Assembly (NCBI GenBank): GCA_965652385.1
Contig: CBFGUV010000003.1
Location: 41,411-105,410 of the forward strand
DNA from: an uncultured Fimbriimonadaceae bacterium
Lineage (GTDB): Bacteria; Armatimonadota; Fimbriimonadia; Fimbriimonadales; Fimbriimonadaceae
Length of the DNA: 64,000 bases
Direction: 5' to 3'
This document shows, piece by piece, positions 54,995-64,000 of this stretch. The notes below the pieces were generated by a model that had not been told where the DNA came from, searched no databases, and saw only the letters and a list, made by a program, of their open reading frames with translations. The number at the start of each line of letters is the position of its first letter. Within the stretch, counting starts at the first letter, position 1. A program made the position numbers and the translations under genes.

Positions 54995-57313
54995 CTACGG
55001 ATTGCGCCGGATCGTGCGGACGCCGAAGACTCCGCCAGCAAAGTTGCTCGGATGCGCTTCGAAGCGGATCGTCACCTTCTCCTTGCCTGCGGTCAGCGAC
55101 TCCGGAATCTGGTAAGTCACATCCATGAACTCATTCGGCTTCTTGCCGGTGAGCTGTTCGGTGGCGATCTTCTCGCCATCCACCAGAATGTCGAAGGTGC
55201 GGCCGCCGCTGTCGCTGCCCCAGTAGGTGCAGATCAGGTCGACGGGAACGCTGCCATCCACCTTCATCTCGAATGAGAACCAGCCGCCGTTGGTGGCATG
55301 GCGATACTTGCGGCCGAAGGCGTCGCCGGTGCCGGTGTTGCGCCCCTCCAGGTTGTGGTCGCGCTCCGGCTGCATTTCGCCGATGTGGAGCACGTCCAGA
55401 CTGTTCCGCTCCAGCGCCGCCTTCCGCTCTTCTTGGGCGCGGTATTCGGCTTCGTAGGCCTCCCACTGCTCCTCGGTGAATAGATCCCAATACACCGCCT
55501 GTCGCCGCTCCTGAAGTTCATAGAAAGGCACCAGCTTGAACTGTTCGGGCCTGCCCGCGCGGGTCGTGAAGCTGAGCGGTCGTCCCGCCACCGGCTCCAG
55601 CCAATCCTCGGGGTTCCGGCTCTCGGTCACCAGCACGGGAGTGATGCCCATCGGCCGATCCTCCGGCCCGAGATCGCCCGCCAGAACGATGGGGCCGTAC
55701 ATGATTGCAGTACGGTTCGGGTTGTCGGGCATCGGGTCTAAGTGCAGGTTCATCGGCAGCGTCAAGGCCACGATGTCCCCGTCTCTCCACTCCCGGCGAA
55801 GGCTGAGATAGCCGTCCGCATCCACCTCCGCAGAGAGGGCAGAGCCGTTCACCGTCACCCCTGGGTTTCCTGCCAGCCAGTACGGCTTGCGAATCTTCAG
55901 CTCAAAGGTTGTCGGCTGGTCAAGCCGCAGGCTCAGCTTCACCGCTTCGCTCTCCGGAAATTCGGTCTCCAGCCGCAAGTTCAGTCCCTTCTCCACCCAG
56001 CTCAGCTCGCTCGGAATGAAGAGGTTGACGTAGAGTCGGCTGTCGTCGTGAAAATAGATGCTGTCCGGGTACTTCGTGTGGTTCTCCATGCCGCTGCCGT
56101 GGCAGCAGGAGAAGTCGTGCGTGCGGTCGCCGAACCGCTTCACGGTGCCCGTCGCCAGCGGCATGTAGTAGGTGACCATCCCCGTCTCTTGGCTCTGCGA
56201 GGCGAGGATGTGGTTGTACAGTCCCCGCTCGTAATAGTCCATCAGCTCGGCATTCGGCTCCCACTCAAAGAGGTGGCGGGTCAGCTTGAGCTGGTTGTAG
56301 GTTTTGCAGGTTTCGGCGGTGTTGGTCGAGAGCCGCTCGCTCAGCACATCCGGCGGACCGAAGTACTCGCGATCGGTGAAACCGCCAATGGCGTAGGCAT
56401 GGTGATGCACAACCCGATCCCAGAAGAACTCGGACATGGTCTTGTACCGATCCTCTTGGGTGATCTCGTAAAGTCGGGCCGCGCCCAGCACCTTGGGAAT
56501 CTGCGTGTTGCCGTGCAGGCCGCGCAAGCGGTCCTGCTCATTCGCCAGCGGGTCCATCACGGTGTGGTGATAGAACTTCTCTGAGAGCGTCAGATACTGC
56601 TCTTCTCCGGTGAGATCGTACAGATCAGCGAGCACCTCGTTCATGCCGCCGTATTCGCAGTTGAGCATTCTCTGCCACTGATCATCAGTAAGATTTTTGG
56701 TGACATCCACCGCCCAGTTGCCCAGCTTCTTCGCCACCACCAGCGCGCGGGCATTGCCGCAGAGCTGAAAGGCGTGAATGAGGCCATCAAAGAGCTTGTG
56801 CTGCGTGTACCACGGCACCCAGATTCCGTTGAGGTCGAAGCCCTGCGACCGGATTTCGCCCGCCCGGATTTCCGCCCACAGGCGGTCACCTTCCGGAAAG
56901 CCCGCCACATAGCCATCCGTCCGTTGCGCCTGGCACTCGGCCAGTTCGTCGACAATGTAATCGACCTTCTGTTTGAACCGCTCATCGCCCGTCGCCTTGT
57001 ACTGCTGACTAACGGCCACAAGGTAGTGGCCCAGCGAATGGCCGGAGATCGTCATCTGCTCCCAGCCGCCGTACTCTTCGCCCTTCGGCTCCAGGCCCGC
57101 GTTCTCTCGGAAGCGGTGCAGCAGGCGGTCCGGCTCCAGCCACAGCAGATAATCGGCCGTGCGCTCCCGCGCATCCAGAAACGGGCTCGGCAGCAGCTTG
57201 ACGTCAGAGAGGGAGAAGGGTTCTACGGTCTTCACATCGCCTCCGTGCGAGGCCAGCGCTGCCGCGCCTGCGGCGAGCACAGGCAGAAGGGCGGATAGGC
57301 GATAACCATTCAC
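54995..57313 (-). CDS. GH127 beta-L-arabinofuranosidase family protein (DUF1680)
   Basis: TAETCKTYNQL (E-x-C) and FSCCHGSGMENH (Cys-Cys), with a signal peptide. 772 aa. Confidence 0.87.
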   Translation of the reverse strand: MNGYRLSALLPVLAAGAAALASHGGDVKTVEPFSLSDVKLLPSPFLDARERTADYLLWLEPDRLLHRFRENAGLEPKGEEYGGWEQMTISGHSLGHYLVAVSQQYKATGDERFKQKVDYIVDELAECQAQRTDGYVAGFPEGDRLWAEIRAGEIRSQGFDLNGIWVPWYTQHKLFDGLIHAFQLCGNARALVVAKKLGNWAVDVTKNLTDDQWQRMLNCEYGGMNEVLADLYDLTGEEQYLTLSEKFYHHTVMDPLANEQDRLRGLHGNTQIPKVLGAARLYEITQEDRYKTMSEFFWDRVVHHHAYAIGGFTDREYFGPPDVLSERLSTNTAETCKTYNQLKLTRHLFEWEPNAELMDYYERGLYNHILASQSQETGMVTYYMPLATGTVKRFGDRTHDFSCCHGSGMENHTKYPDSIYFHDDSRLYVNLFIPSELSWVEKGLNLRLETEFPESEAVKLSLRLDQPTTFELKIRKPYWLAGNPGVTVNGSALSAEVDADGYLSLRREWRDGDIVALTLPMNLHLDPMPDNPNRTAIMYGPIVLAGDLGPEDRPMGITPVLVTESRNPEDWLEPVAGRPLSFTTRAGRPEQFKLVPFYELQERRQAVYWDLFTEEQWEAYEAEYRAQEERKAALERNSLDVLHIGEMQPERDHNLEGRNTGTGDAFGRKYRHATNGGWFSFEMKVDGSVPVDLICTYWGSDSGGRTFDILVDGEKIATEQLTGKKPNEFMDVTYQIPESLTAGKEKVTIRFEAHPSNFAGGVFGVRTIRRNP

Positions 57314-57328
57314 ACAGCAATACTACAG

Positions 57329-58186
57329 CTATTGGGCGATGGCCGTCACGCCGTACGCTGCCGGAGCGCGCTTGACCGACTTGAATCCCGCTTCCTGCAG
57401 CCGCCCCATCACGCCGGGATAGATGCGCTTGCCCAGTCCGCTGGTCGGGTCGCCGATGTAGTGGAAGAGGATTCCGTCTCGCTTCATCACCCGCCGCAGT
57501 TCTGCATAGAACGCGAGCGAATAAAGCTCTCCCGCCAGCGACATTGTCGGAGGGTCGTGGATCACGCCGGAAAACTCCGCCGAGGGCAGCTGCGGAACCA
57601 CCTTGAATGAATCGCCCATCAGCTGCTCGATGCGGTCGGACTCGAACACCGCCCGCGACCAGGGGTTCATCCGCATCAGCTCCACTCCAGCGGGATCAAG
57701 CTCGATGGTGACCACGCGCTTCGACTTGCGGGCGGCTTCAATTGCCGTGTATCCGAGTCCGGTCGCGGTATCGAGCACGGCCCCTCGAACCGGACCAAGC
57801 GCCTTCATCTTCTCCCGCGTATCCGCCACCGGGTCGGTGTCCTTGATGCGGTGCATCGGAAAGCCGGAGACCAGGGCCGTCGGCGCGGTCTTGGTCGCGG
57901 CCAGAACGCGCATCCAGCCGGTCTTTTCGCTGAAGACCTGAGCCACCCGCATCTCTCCGCCCTCGATGAGAAAGACCTTATGCCCCGATTGGGCGGCCTC
58001 CTCGATCTGCGCCCAGGTGAGGCCCGCGGCACCCTCTGCGGTCAGCGGGATCGCCTCCTGCGTACGGCCGAGGTCGAGCGAGCTTCTGATCTCCGTCCGC
58101 TCTTGGGCGCGGCCCTCCAGCAGCCTCTTTGCCCACTTGGCCGAAAGCACGGGAAGCATCATTGGTCCGAGTCTATCCCGTCGCAT
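57329..58186 (-). CDS. Class I SAM-dependent methyltransferase (DPPT motif)
   Basis: SAM motif I VLDTATGLGYTAIEAA and VIHDPPT. Confidence 0.72.
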   Translation of the reverse strand: MRRDRLGPMMLPVLSAKWAKRLLEGRAQERTEIRSSLDLGRTQEAIPLTAEGAAGLTWAQIEEAAQSGHKVFLIEGGEMRVAQVFSEKTGWMRVLAATKTAPTALVSGFPMHRIKDTDPVADTREKMKALGPVRGAVLDTATGLGYTAIEAARKSKRVVTIELDPAGVELMRMNPWSRAVFESDRIEQLMGDSFKVVPQLPSAEFSGVIHDPPTMSLAGELYSLAFYAELRRVMKRDGILFHYIGDPTSGLGKRIYPGVMGRLQEAGFKSVKRAPAAYGVTAIAQ

Positions 58187-58216
58187 CCCGCGCCGGGTTT
58201 GGGGTACGAAGCGTTC

Positions 58217-59206
58217 ATGCGCTGGTTGACGCTATTGTGCGCGGCATTTGCCCTTTTTGCCATCGGCTGCAACAAAGGAGGCGGCACCGCCTCGGGTAGC
58301 AGCGGAACCGGAGGCGGAGACTCGCTCAAGATCGCGGTCATCCCCAAGGGCACCACCCACGTTTTCTGGAAATCCGTGGAAGCCGGAGCCAAGCGCGCGG
58401 GCGATGAGTTGGGCGTAGAGGTCATCTGGAAGGGTCCGCTGAAGGAAGACGACCGCGAAGCGCAGATCAAGGTGGTCGAAGACTTCATCACCACCCAAGT
58501 GGACGGCATCGTCCTCGCTCCGCTGGACGACACCGCCCTGGTCCCCTATGTAAAGGACGCGCAGAGCCAGGACATCCCGGTCGTCATCTTCGACTCCGCG
58601 CTCAACCATGACGACATCGTCAGCTTTGTGGCCACCGACAACTACCAGGCGGGCCGGATGGCCGGCGAGAAGATGGTGGAACTGCTGGGAGGCAGCGGCA
58701 AGGTGATCGTCCTGCGATATGTGGAGGGCTCGAACAGCACCGCCCAGCGCGAAGAGGGCTTCATTGATGCGGTCAAAGAGGCCGGAATCGAAGTGCTGAG
58801 CGACACTCAATACGGCGGCGCAACCACCGAAGAGGCGCAGACCGTTGCCGAGAACCTGATCGCCCGATTCAAGAAAGGCGACACTCCCGATTTCACCGGC
58901 GTCTACGCTCCGAACGAGTCCTCCACCTTCGGCATGCTGCGCGCGCTGCAGAATGCAGGGATCGCGGGCAAGGTCAAGTTTGTCGGATTCGATTCTTCCG
59001 AGCCTCTGGTAAGTGCGGTTGAGGCGGGCGAGATCAACGCTCTGGTCGTTCAGAACCCGGAGATGATGGGCTACCTCGCGGTGAAGACCCTGGTCGCCAA
59101 GCTGCGGGGTGAGAGCCTGGAGAAGCGCGTGGATACCGGCGCGGCCGTGGTCGATGCGGAGAACCTGAAGACCGAAGAGATTCAGAAGCTGGTCAACCCC
59201 GGCTAG
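58217..59206 (+). CDS. Sugar ABC transporter substrate-binding lipoprotein (RbsB-like, periplasmic binding protein type I)
   Basis: The real start is MRWLTLLCAAFALFAIGCNKG (lipobox) at 58217, in frame with the longer track ORF. The body is PBP1-like (KIAVIPKGTTHVFW..., DGIVLAPLD). Confidence 0.87.
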   Translation: MRWLTLLCAAFALFAIGCNKGGGTASGSSGTGGGDSLKIAVIPKGTTHVFWKSVEAGAKRAGDELGVEVIWKGPLKEDDREAQIKVVEDFITTQVDGIVLAPLDDTALVPYVKDAQSQDIPVVIFDSALNHDDIVSFVATDNYQAGRMAGEKMVELLGGSGKVIVLRYVEGSNSTAQREEGFIDAVKEAGIEVLSDTQYGGATTEEAQTVAENLIARFKKGDTPDFTGVYAPNESSTFGMLRALQNAGIAGKVKFVGFDSSEPLVSAVEAGEINALVVQNPEMMGYLAVKTLVAKLRGESLEKRVDTGAAVVDAENLKTEEIQKLVNPG

Positions 59207-59213
59207 TCAGGGA

Positions 59214-60170
59214 ATGAAGAACGCTCTCCAGGTGGTCGGGCTGGTCGGCGCATGGCTGGCCCTGTTCGTGCTTTTCAGCATCCTCGCCCCGGAGAGCTTC
59301 CCCACCCTCCGCAATGTCGAGACCCTGATGCGGCAGCTCGTCATTGTCGGCTTTGCCAGCGTCGGCATGACCTACATCATCGCGCGGGGTGCCATCGACC
59401 TTTCGGTGGGATCGGTCGTTGCACTGGTGACCGTCGTCATCGCATTGGCCCTCCAGAAGGGGATGCCCCCAATTCCGGCGGCGCTCATTGGCATCGCCGC
59501 GGGCGGAGTGTGCGGGCTGGTGAATGGCACGTTGACCTCCTCCCTGCGGGTCGGCTCCTTTATCGTGACGCTCGCCTCGATGCTCGTCTTTCGCGGCATC
59601 GCCAAGGGGCTGGCCGATGAGAAGACCGTCGTCGCGCCGGAGAACTTCCTGAGCAACTTGACCAAGGCGCTGGGCGATGGCGAGCGATGGATGCTGCTGC
59701 CCCGGGGAGCCTGGCTGCTCATTCTGGTCGCCGCCCTGGCCAGTTGGGCGATGCAGCACACCGTCTTCGGCCGCAAGGTGATCGCCACCGGTTCGAATGA
59801 AGAGGCGGCCCGCCTGGTCGGAATCAGTCCGGGCCGCATGACGCTGTCGGTGTTTCTGATCGGAGGGCTCGCCGCCGGGCTGGCGGGGCTGCTTCAGTTC
59901 TCACGCCTTGCCATCGGCGATCCCACGGTCGCAGGCGGGCTTGAGCTGAATGTCATCGCCGCCGTCGTCATCGGCGGAGCCAGTCTGACGGGCGGGACGG
60001 GCTCTATTGTCGGCAGCCTGCTGGGCGCGCTCATCATGGTGACCATCAGCAGCGGCAGCAGTCAGGTCGGCCTGCCGAACTGGATTCAGGAGATCGTCAC
60101 CGGCGCGATCATCGTCGGCGCGGTGGGCATCGACCGCTGGCGCGCGCACCGCCGAGGACTGAAAGAGTGA
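59214..60170 (+). CDS. Sugar ABC transporter permease (RbsC-like)
   Basis: Polytopic, with TGGTGSIVGSLLGALIM and the branched-chain/ribose permease family layout. Confidence 0.87.
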   Translation: MKNALQVVGLVGAWLALFVLFSILAPESFPTLRNVETLMRQLVIVGFASVGMTYIIARGAIDLSVGSVVALVTVVIALALQKGMPPIPAALIGIAAGGVCGLVNGTLTSSLRVGSFIVTLASMLVFRGIAKGLADEKTVVAPENFLSNLTKALGDGERWMLLPRGAWLLILVAALASWAMQHTVFGRKVIATGSNEEAARLVGISPGRMTLSVFLIGGLAAGLAGLLQFSRLAIGDPTVAGGLELNVIAAVVIGGASLTGGTGSIVGSLLGALIMVTISSGSSQVGLPNWIQEIVTGAIIVGAVGIDRWRAHRRGLKE

Positions 60171-60991
60171 GGATCGACGCCCACCAGCATTTCTGGAAGT
60201 ACAACGACGCCGAATTCGGCTGGATCAACGACGCCATGTCGGTGATGCGGCGCGACTACTTCCCCTCCGATCTTGCCCCAGAGCTGGACCGATTTGGCTT
60301 TGCGGGAAGCATTGCGGTGCAGGCCCTGCAGAACGAAGATGAGAACCGCTTTCTGCTCGACCAGTCGCCGCTTGGTGTGGTCGGCTGGGTTGATCTGTGC
60401 GCCGAGAGCGTCGGAGACCGCCTCGACTACTGGTGCGGATTCCGGGGCTTCTGCGGTGTCCGCCACGTCGTCCAGAGCGAGCCCTCCGGCTTCCTCGCCC
60501 GCAGCGACTTCCGGCGGGGCGTCGGCATGCTGGCCGAGCGCGGCCTGACCTACGACATCCTGATCTACCACCACCAGCTAGAAGAGGCCATCGACTTCGC
60601 CCGCGCCTTTCCGAATCAGCCCTTCGTGGTGGACCACGGGGCAAAGCCGGACATCCGCTCCGGCGCTTATGAGAAGTGGGCGATGGACATGGGGGCAATG
60701 GCGGAAATGGAGAACGTCAGCTGCAAGATTTCCGGCCTCGCATTTGAAGACGACTGGTCCACATGGTCGACCGACACCCTGCGCCCGTATGTTGATCATC
60801 TGCTGAAGTGCTTCGGTCCGCAGCGGCTGATGATCGGATCAGACTGGCCAGTCTGTTTGGCTGCCGGGTCTTACGAGCAGGTGATGGGCGCGCTGATTGA
60901 TCTGCTGAGCGAACTCAGTACCAGCGAACAGGAAGCGATTCTCGGCGGCACCGCCGCCCGCTTCTACGGCATCGAGCCCGAAGCGCGGTAG
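60167..60991 (+). CDS. Amidohydrolase-2 family lactonase (L-fucono/rhamnono-lactonase-like)
   Basis: MRIDAHQHFWKY N-terminus, HVV, DHGAKPD, IGSDWPV. Confidence 0.82.
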   Translation: MRIDAHQHFWKYNDAEFGWINDAMSVMRRDYFPSDLAPELDRFGFAGSIAVQALQNEDENRFLLDQSPLGVVGWVDLCAESVGDRLDYWCGFRGFCGVRHVVQSEPSGFLARSDFRRGVGMLAERGLTYDILIYHHQLEEAIDFARAFPNQPFVVDHGAKPDIRSGAYEKWAMDMGAMAEMENVSCKISGLAFEDDWSTWSTDTLRPYVDHLLKCFGPQRLMIGSDWPVCLAAGSYEQVMGALIDLLSELSTSEQEAILGGTAARFYGIEPEAR

Positions 60992-61974
60992 CAGTCTTCC
61001 ACCAGCGCCATCGTCTCGTGCGCGTCGTGAATCTCGCTCTCGGGCCGTTCGCCTGAATCGGCCCACCGCATCATCTGCGACATGGTGCCGCGGAAGGCAT
61101 GGGGGAACCAGCTGCCTTCAAAGGCGACCTCTGCCCATCCATCTCCTCGATTCAGACGAAGCCAGTCCGATTCACCATCTGGATAGTTCATGTTGAGCCC
61201 CATCTGGAACTTCAAGCACCCTTCCGTTCCCTCGATGCGGAAGTAGCTCTCCTGTTCATCCGGCCCCCACTTGTGGCCGTGATAGGTGGTCACCGTGGCT
61301 CCCAGCCAATCGCCGTAGTCAAGAACGATGGAAGAGCGGCTCGAGTGCAGGTCGGGCGAAGACGGATGCTTGATAGTCTTGGCCTGCACTCCGGCCGGCT
61401 CACCGAGCAGGCAGCGGATGAGGTCGAGATAGTGGATGGAGTGGTAGACGATCTCCATGCGCGGCGACTTCGCCAGGAAATCCCAATCCTGCCACGGCAT
61501 ATAGACGCAGACCCGGCAATCGACTTGGAGGACTTCACCGATGGCCTTCTCGGCCAGCAGGCGTCTCGCTTCCAGCACATAAGGCGCAAAGCGAAGCTGA
61601 AAATTGACGGCCGCCCGCAGGTTCCGCTCTTCGCATATCCTCAGAATCTCATCCGCATCCGCCAGGGTCTCACCCATCGGCTTCTGCAGCAGCACGAAGC
61701 TGCCTTGGGGCAGCTGGCGCAGCGTCTCGGCATGTCTTGAAGCGGGCAGGGCGACATCAAAGATCGCCTCCGGCTGACGCGCAATCAACTCGTCGAGCGA
61801 TTCGCAGACATAAACGCCGTATTCCCCGGCCAGCGACTCTGCGGCTTCCCGATTGAGATCATAAACGCAATCGACTTCGTATCCCGCCATCCGGTAGGCG
61901 GGCCAGTGGGCGTGTTTGACGACCGCACCCGCTCCGATGGCGGCGATGGGCCTAACCTGATGGTGGGGCATCAT
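60964..61974 (-). CDS. Gfo/Idh/MocA family oxidoreductase
   Basis: N-terminal Rossmann-like segment IAAIGAGAVVKHAHWPAY, LLQKPM, C-terminal alpha/beta domain. Confidence 0.83.
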   Translation of the reverse strand: MMPHHQVRPIAAIGAGAVVKHAHWPAYRMAGYEVDCVYDLNREAAESLAGEYGVYVCESLDELIARQPEAIFDVALPASRHAETLRQLPQGSFVLLQKPMGETLADADEILRICEERNLRAAVNFQLRFAPYVLEARRLLAEKAIGEVLQVDCRVCVYMPWQDWDFLAKSPRMEIVYHSIHYLDLIRCLLGEPAGVQAKTIKHPSSPDLHSSRSSIVLDYGDWLGATVTTYHGHKWGPDEQESYFRIEGTEGCLKFQMGLNMNYPDGESDWLRLNRGDGWAEVAFEGSWFPHAFRGTMSQMMRWADSGERPESEIHDAHETMALVEDCYRASGSMP

Positions 61975-62486
61975 GGCTTCTTGATTTCTTGGCCATCGAC
62001 ACTACCCCAAATCCGACCTGGAGGAGGCTGCTGCATCTCGAGCGTAATGTCATCGGGGTCGAGGAAGTAGACCGTGTAGCCGCCCTTGTTCACTCCGGCT
62101 TCGATGGCGATGGGTTCGGGTGCGCGGAAGCGCACGCCTGCCGCCGCAAGCCGTTCGTATTCCGAATAAATATCCTCCACGACGAAGCATAGGTGCGGCG
62201 CGCCCGGTCGGTTGGTTGAGACATCCGTCTTCTCTCCCCGAGGATGAATGTACTCCACCAATTCGAGATGATGATTGGAGGGGCCGACGAAGGCGCCAGG
62301 TATCCGCAGCATCGCCACTTTGAGGTGCGCGTCGGCAAAGCCGACCAGCCGCGACGTGTACTCATTCTGCTGCACCTGCTGGTGGACAATCTCCATGCCG
62401 AGCAGGCCAGAGTAGAAGGCCAGCGACGCATCCATATCGCTGACGGTAAAGCTGGTGTGCCAGATTCCGCTGAAGCTCGTCTTCAT
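61971..62486 (-). CDS. VOC family (glyoxalase/dioxygenase-fold) protein
   Basis: HTSFTVSDMDASLAFYSGLLGMEIV and HLCFVVEDI. Overlaps both neighbours by 4 nt. Confidence 0.8.
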   Translation of the reverse strand: MKTSFSGIWHTSFTVSDMDASLAFYSGLLGMEIVHQQVQQNEYTSRLVGFADAHLKVAMLRIPGAFVGPSNHHLELVEYIHPRGEKTDVSTNRPGAPHLCFVVEDIYSEYERLAAAGVRFRAPEPIAIEAGVNKGGYTVYFLDPDDITLEMQQPPPGRIWGSVDGQEIKKP

Positions 62487-63244
62487 CGCATCAACTGTCC
62501 TCCGCAGACCGGGATCACCTGGCCGGTGATGAAGCTCGACTCGTCGCTCGCCAAAAAGACGGCGGCATCCGCCACCTCGTCCGGGCTGGCCATGCGGTTC
62601 ATTGGCGCGAGTGCGGCCGCTCTCTCCAAAAGCTCTTCTGCCGGGACGCCCATGATTTCAGATCGGTGCTGCGCGATGCCCCGCGTCATTTCCGTATCCA
62701 CGACTCCCGGCGCGATGGCGTTGACCCGAATCCCCCGTTCGGCATAGACCAGCGCCGCCGACCGCGTAATGCTCACCAGCGCCGCCTTCGACGCCCCGTA
62801 ATCCGCCTGATCCCGCTTGGGCAAAAACGCCGAAACCGAAGCGATATTCACCACCGCTCCCCCTTCCTTCATCAGCCCCGCGCAGTCCTGGATCAGCTGC
62901 GCCGCCCCAAAGACATTCACCGCGAATGTCTCCTGCCACTCCTGCCACTCCAGTTCGGCCATCGGCTTGGTGCGGCAGATCCCCGCGCTATTGACGAGGA
63001 TATTCAGGCTTCCATACTGTTCGGAGACCTGCTCACACAGTTCGCCCAAGTGGAAGGGATTGCCGAGATTGCAGACCAGGGGGGTGCCGTTGACCGCTTC
63101 CGCCATCGCCTGCGCCTGAGCTTCATTGCGGTCTACGACCAAGACGGAGGCTCCCTCCCGGGCAAAGGCTTTGCAGATGGCCGCTCCAATTCCGGAAGCG
63201 CCGCCCGTGACCAGAGCCACCCTGTCCTGCAGCCGCCCCTTCAT
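62483..63244 (-). CDS. SDR family oxidoreductase
   Basis: TGGASGIG, NSAG, YGASKAAL (Y-x-x-x-K). Confidence 0.92.
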   Translation of the reverse strand: MKGRLQDRVALVTGGASGIGAAICKAFAREGASVLVVDRNEAQAQAMAEAVNGTPLVCNLGNPFHLGELCEQVSEQYGSLNILVNSAGICRTKPMAELEWQEWQETFAVNVFGAAQLIQDCAGLMKEGGAVVNIASVSAFLPKRDQADYGASKAALVSITRSAALVYAERGIRVNAIAPGVVDTEMTRGIAQHRSEIMGVPAEELLERAAALAPMNRMASPDEVADAAVFLASDESSFITGQVIPVCGGQLMR

Positions 63245-63247
63245 CGA

Positions 63248-64000
63248 CTACTCCACGGTTCCGTGGATGGCATGGACGATCCGCGGAACGCTCGGCAGGG
63301 AGAAGGCTTCCAGGTTCTGCGCGAAGGGCAGCGGCGCATCTTCAGCGCAGACGCGCGCAATGGGCGCATCGAGTTCGTCGAAAAGCCCCTCTTGAATCTG
63401 CGCCACCAGGTCGGCTCCCACACCGCATCGGGCGTGAGCCTCATGCACCACAACCACTCGGTGCGTTTTTCGCAGCGAGCCGCCGATGACGGCGTAATCG
63501 AGCGGGTTGAGGGTGCGGAGATCCACCACCTCGACCGAAATCTCATCCGCCAGCTGCTCCGCCGCCTCCAGCGCCAGGTGGGTGGCATACGAGTAGGTGA
63601 AGACCGAAACATCGCTTCCCTCCCGCACCACGCGCGCCCGGTTCAGGTCATCCGACAGGTCCAAGTCCACTTCGCCCTTCATGCCATAGAGCTGCTTGTG
63701 CTCGACAAAGAGGACCGGGTTGGGGTCCTTGATCGCCGCGCGCAGCAGCGAATAGGCTTCCTGCGGCGTGCTCGGGCAGACCACCTTGAGGCCGGGGATA
63801 TGCAGAAAGAGTGCTTCCAGCATCTGCGAGTGCTGCGCCGCCGCTCCTTTGTATCCGCCGCCCTGCGTGCGGATGACCAGCGGAATGTTCACCGTTCCGC
63901 CCGACATCGCTGTGGTCTTGGCCAATTGGTTAAGGAGCTGGTCCATCGCCACCAGGCTGAAGTCGAAGAACATCAGCTCCACGATCGGCTTCAGCCCGCG
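63248..64000 (-). CDS. Alpha-ketoacid dehydrogenase E1 component beta subunit (pyruvate/acetoin dehydrogenase-like). C-terminal part; the gene runs off the right edge.
   Basis: GLKPIVELMFFDF, RTQGGGYKGAAAQHSQ, PGLKVVCPSTPQEAYSLL, and a transketolase C-terminal domain. The reading frame stays open to position 64000. Confidence 0.87.
   Translation of the reverse strand, partial: RGLKPIVELMFFDFSLVAMDQLLNQLAKTTAMSGGTVNIPLVIRTQGGGYKGAAAQHSQMLEALFLHIPGLKVVCPSTPQEAYSLLRAAIKDPNPVLFVEHKQLYGMKGEVDLDLSDDLNRARVVREGSDVSVFTYSYATHLALEAAEQLADEISVEVVDLRTLNPLDYAVIGGSLRKTHRVVVVHEAHARCGVGADLVAQIQEGLFDELDAPIARVCAEDAPLPFAQNLEAFSLPSVPRIVHAIHGTVE

Noticed and set aside
57851-58216. 122-codon 5' extension of the sugar-binding protein ORF
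   Set aside because: The extension overlaps the methyltransferase gene on the other strand and is Arg/Gly/Pro-rich. The internal ATG at 58217 gives a classical lipoprotein signal peptide.
1-64000. CRISPR arrays, rRNA genes, IS elements or transposases, and large tandem repeats
   Set aside because: Reading through the intergenic regions, I saw no regularly spaced direct repeats, no rRNA-like sequence, no transposase-like ORF, and no inverted-repeat-bounded element other than the tRNA island.

Overview
This is a high-GC bacterial chromosome segment. All protein-family calls below are made by eye from motifs in the supplied translations; no search was run.

The backbone carries housekeeping genes (dut, purA, ribBA, pyrG, a CCA-adding enzyme, rsgA) and a large block for glycan and sugar-acid catabolism: a GH78 rhamnosidase, two GH127-like enzymes, a PQQ dehydrogenase, a sugar ABC binding protein and permease, a lactonase, and Gfo/Idh/MocA, SDR and VOC enzymes. 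A prepilin-type protein with a DUF1559-like tail hints at Planctomycetota, Verrucomicrobiota or Armatimonadota, which is inference only.

The main structural feature is a visibly AT-richer island of about 15.2 kb inserted in a tRNA-Ala(GGC) gene. It is bounded by 65/66-nt direct repeats (10909..10973 and 26093..26158) that start in the anticodon loop.

The island encodes:
- a tyrosine integrase
- an ArdC-like anti-restriction protein
- an XRE regulator next to a perfect 23-bp palindrome
- two small membrane proteins
- a RepA-like ATPase
- a UvrD-type helicase remnant
- a type I R-M operon with three extra ORFs translationally coupled between hsdM, hsdS and hsdR

The three extra ORFs are one with class III cyclase/GGDEF-like palm motifs, one PD-(D/E)xK nuclease-like protein, and one unknown protein in the position PrrC occupies in the E. 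coli prr locus. This R-M-nested trio is my best candidate for an undescribed defence or signalling module.

Other notable items:
- a textbook guanidine-II (mini-ykkC) riboswitch upstream of a gdx/sugE and ArsI/CadI-like two-gene operon
- an imuB-dnaE2 mutagenesis cassette where a LigD-type 3'-phosphoesterase domain protein replaces imuA, behind a palindrome-containing promoter
- a terminator-like hairpin in the ribBA leader with no recognisable FMN aptamer
- a baeRF-like release-factor-fold protein

No CRISPR array, rRNA or transposase was seen.
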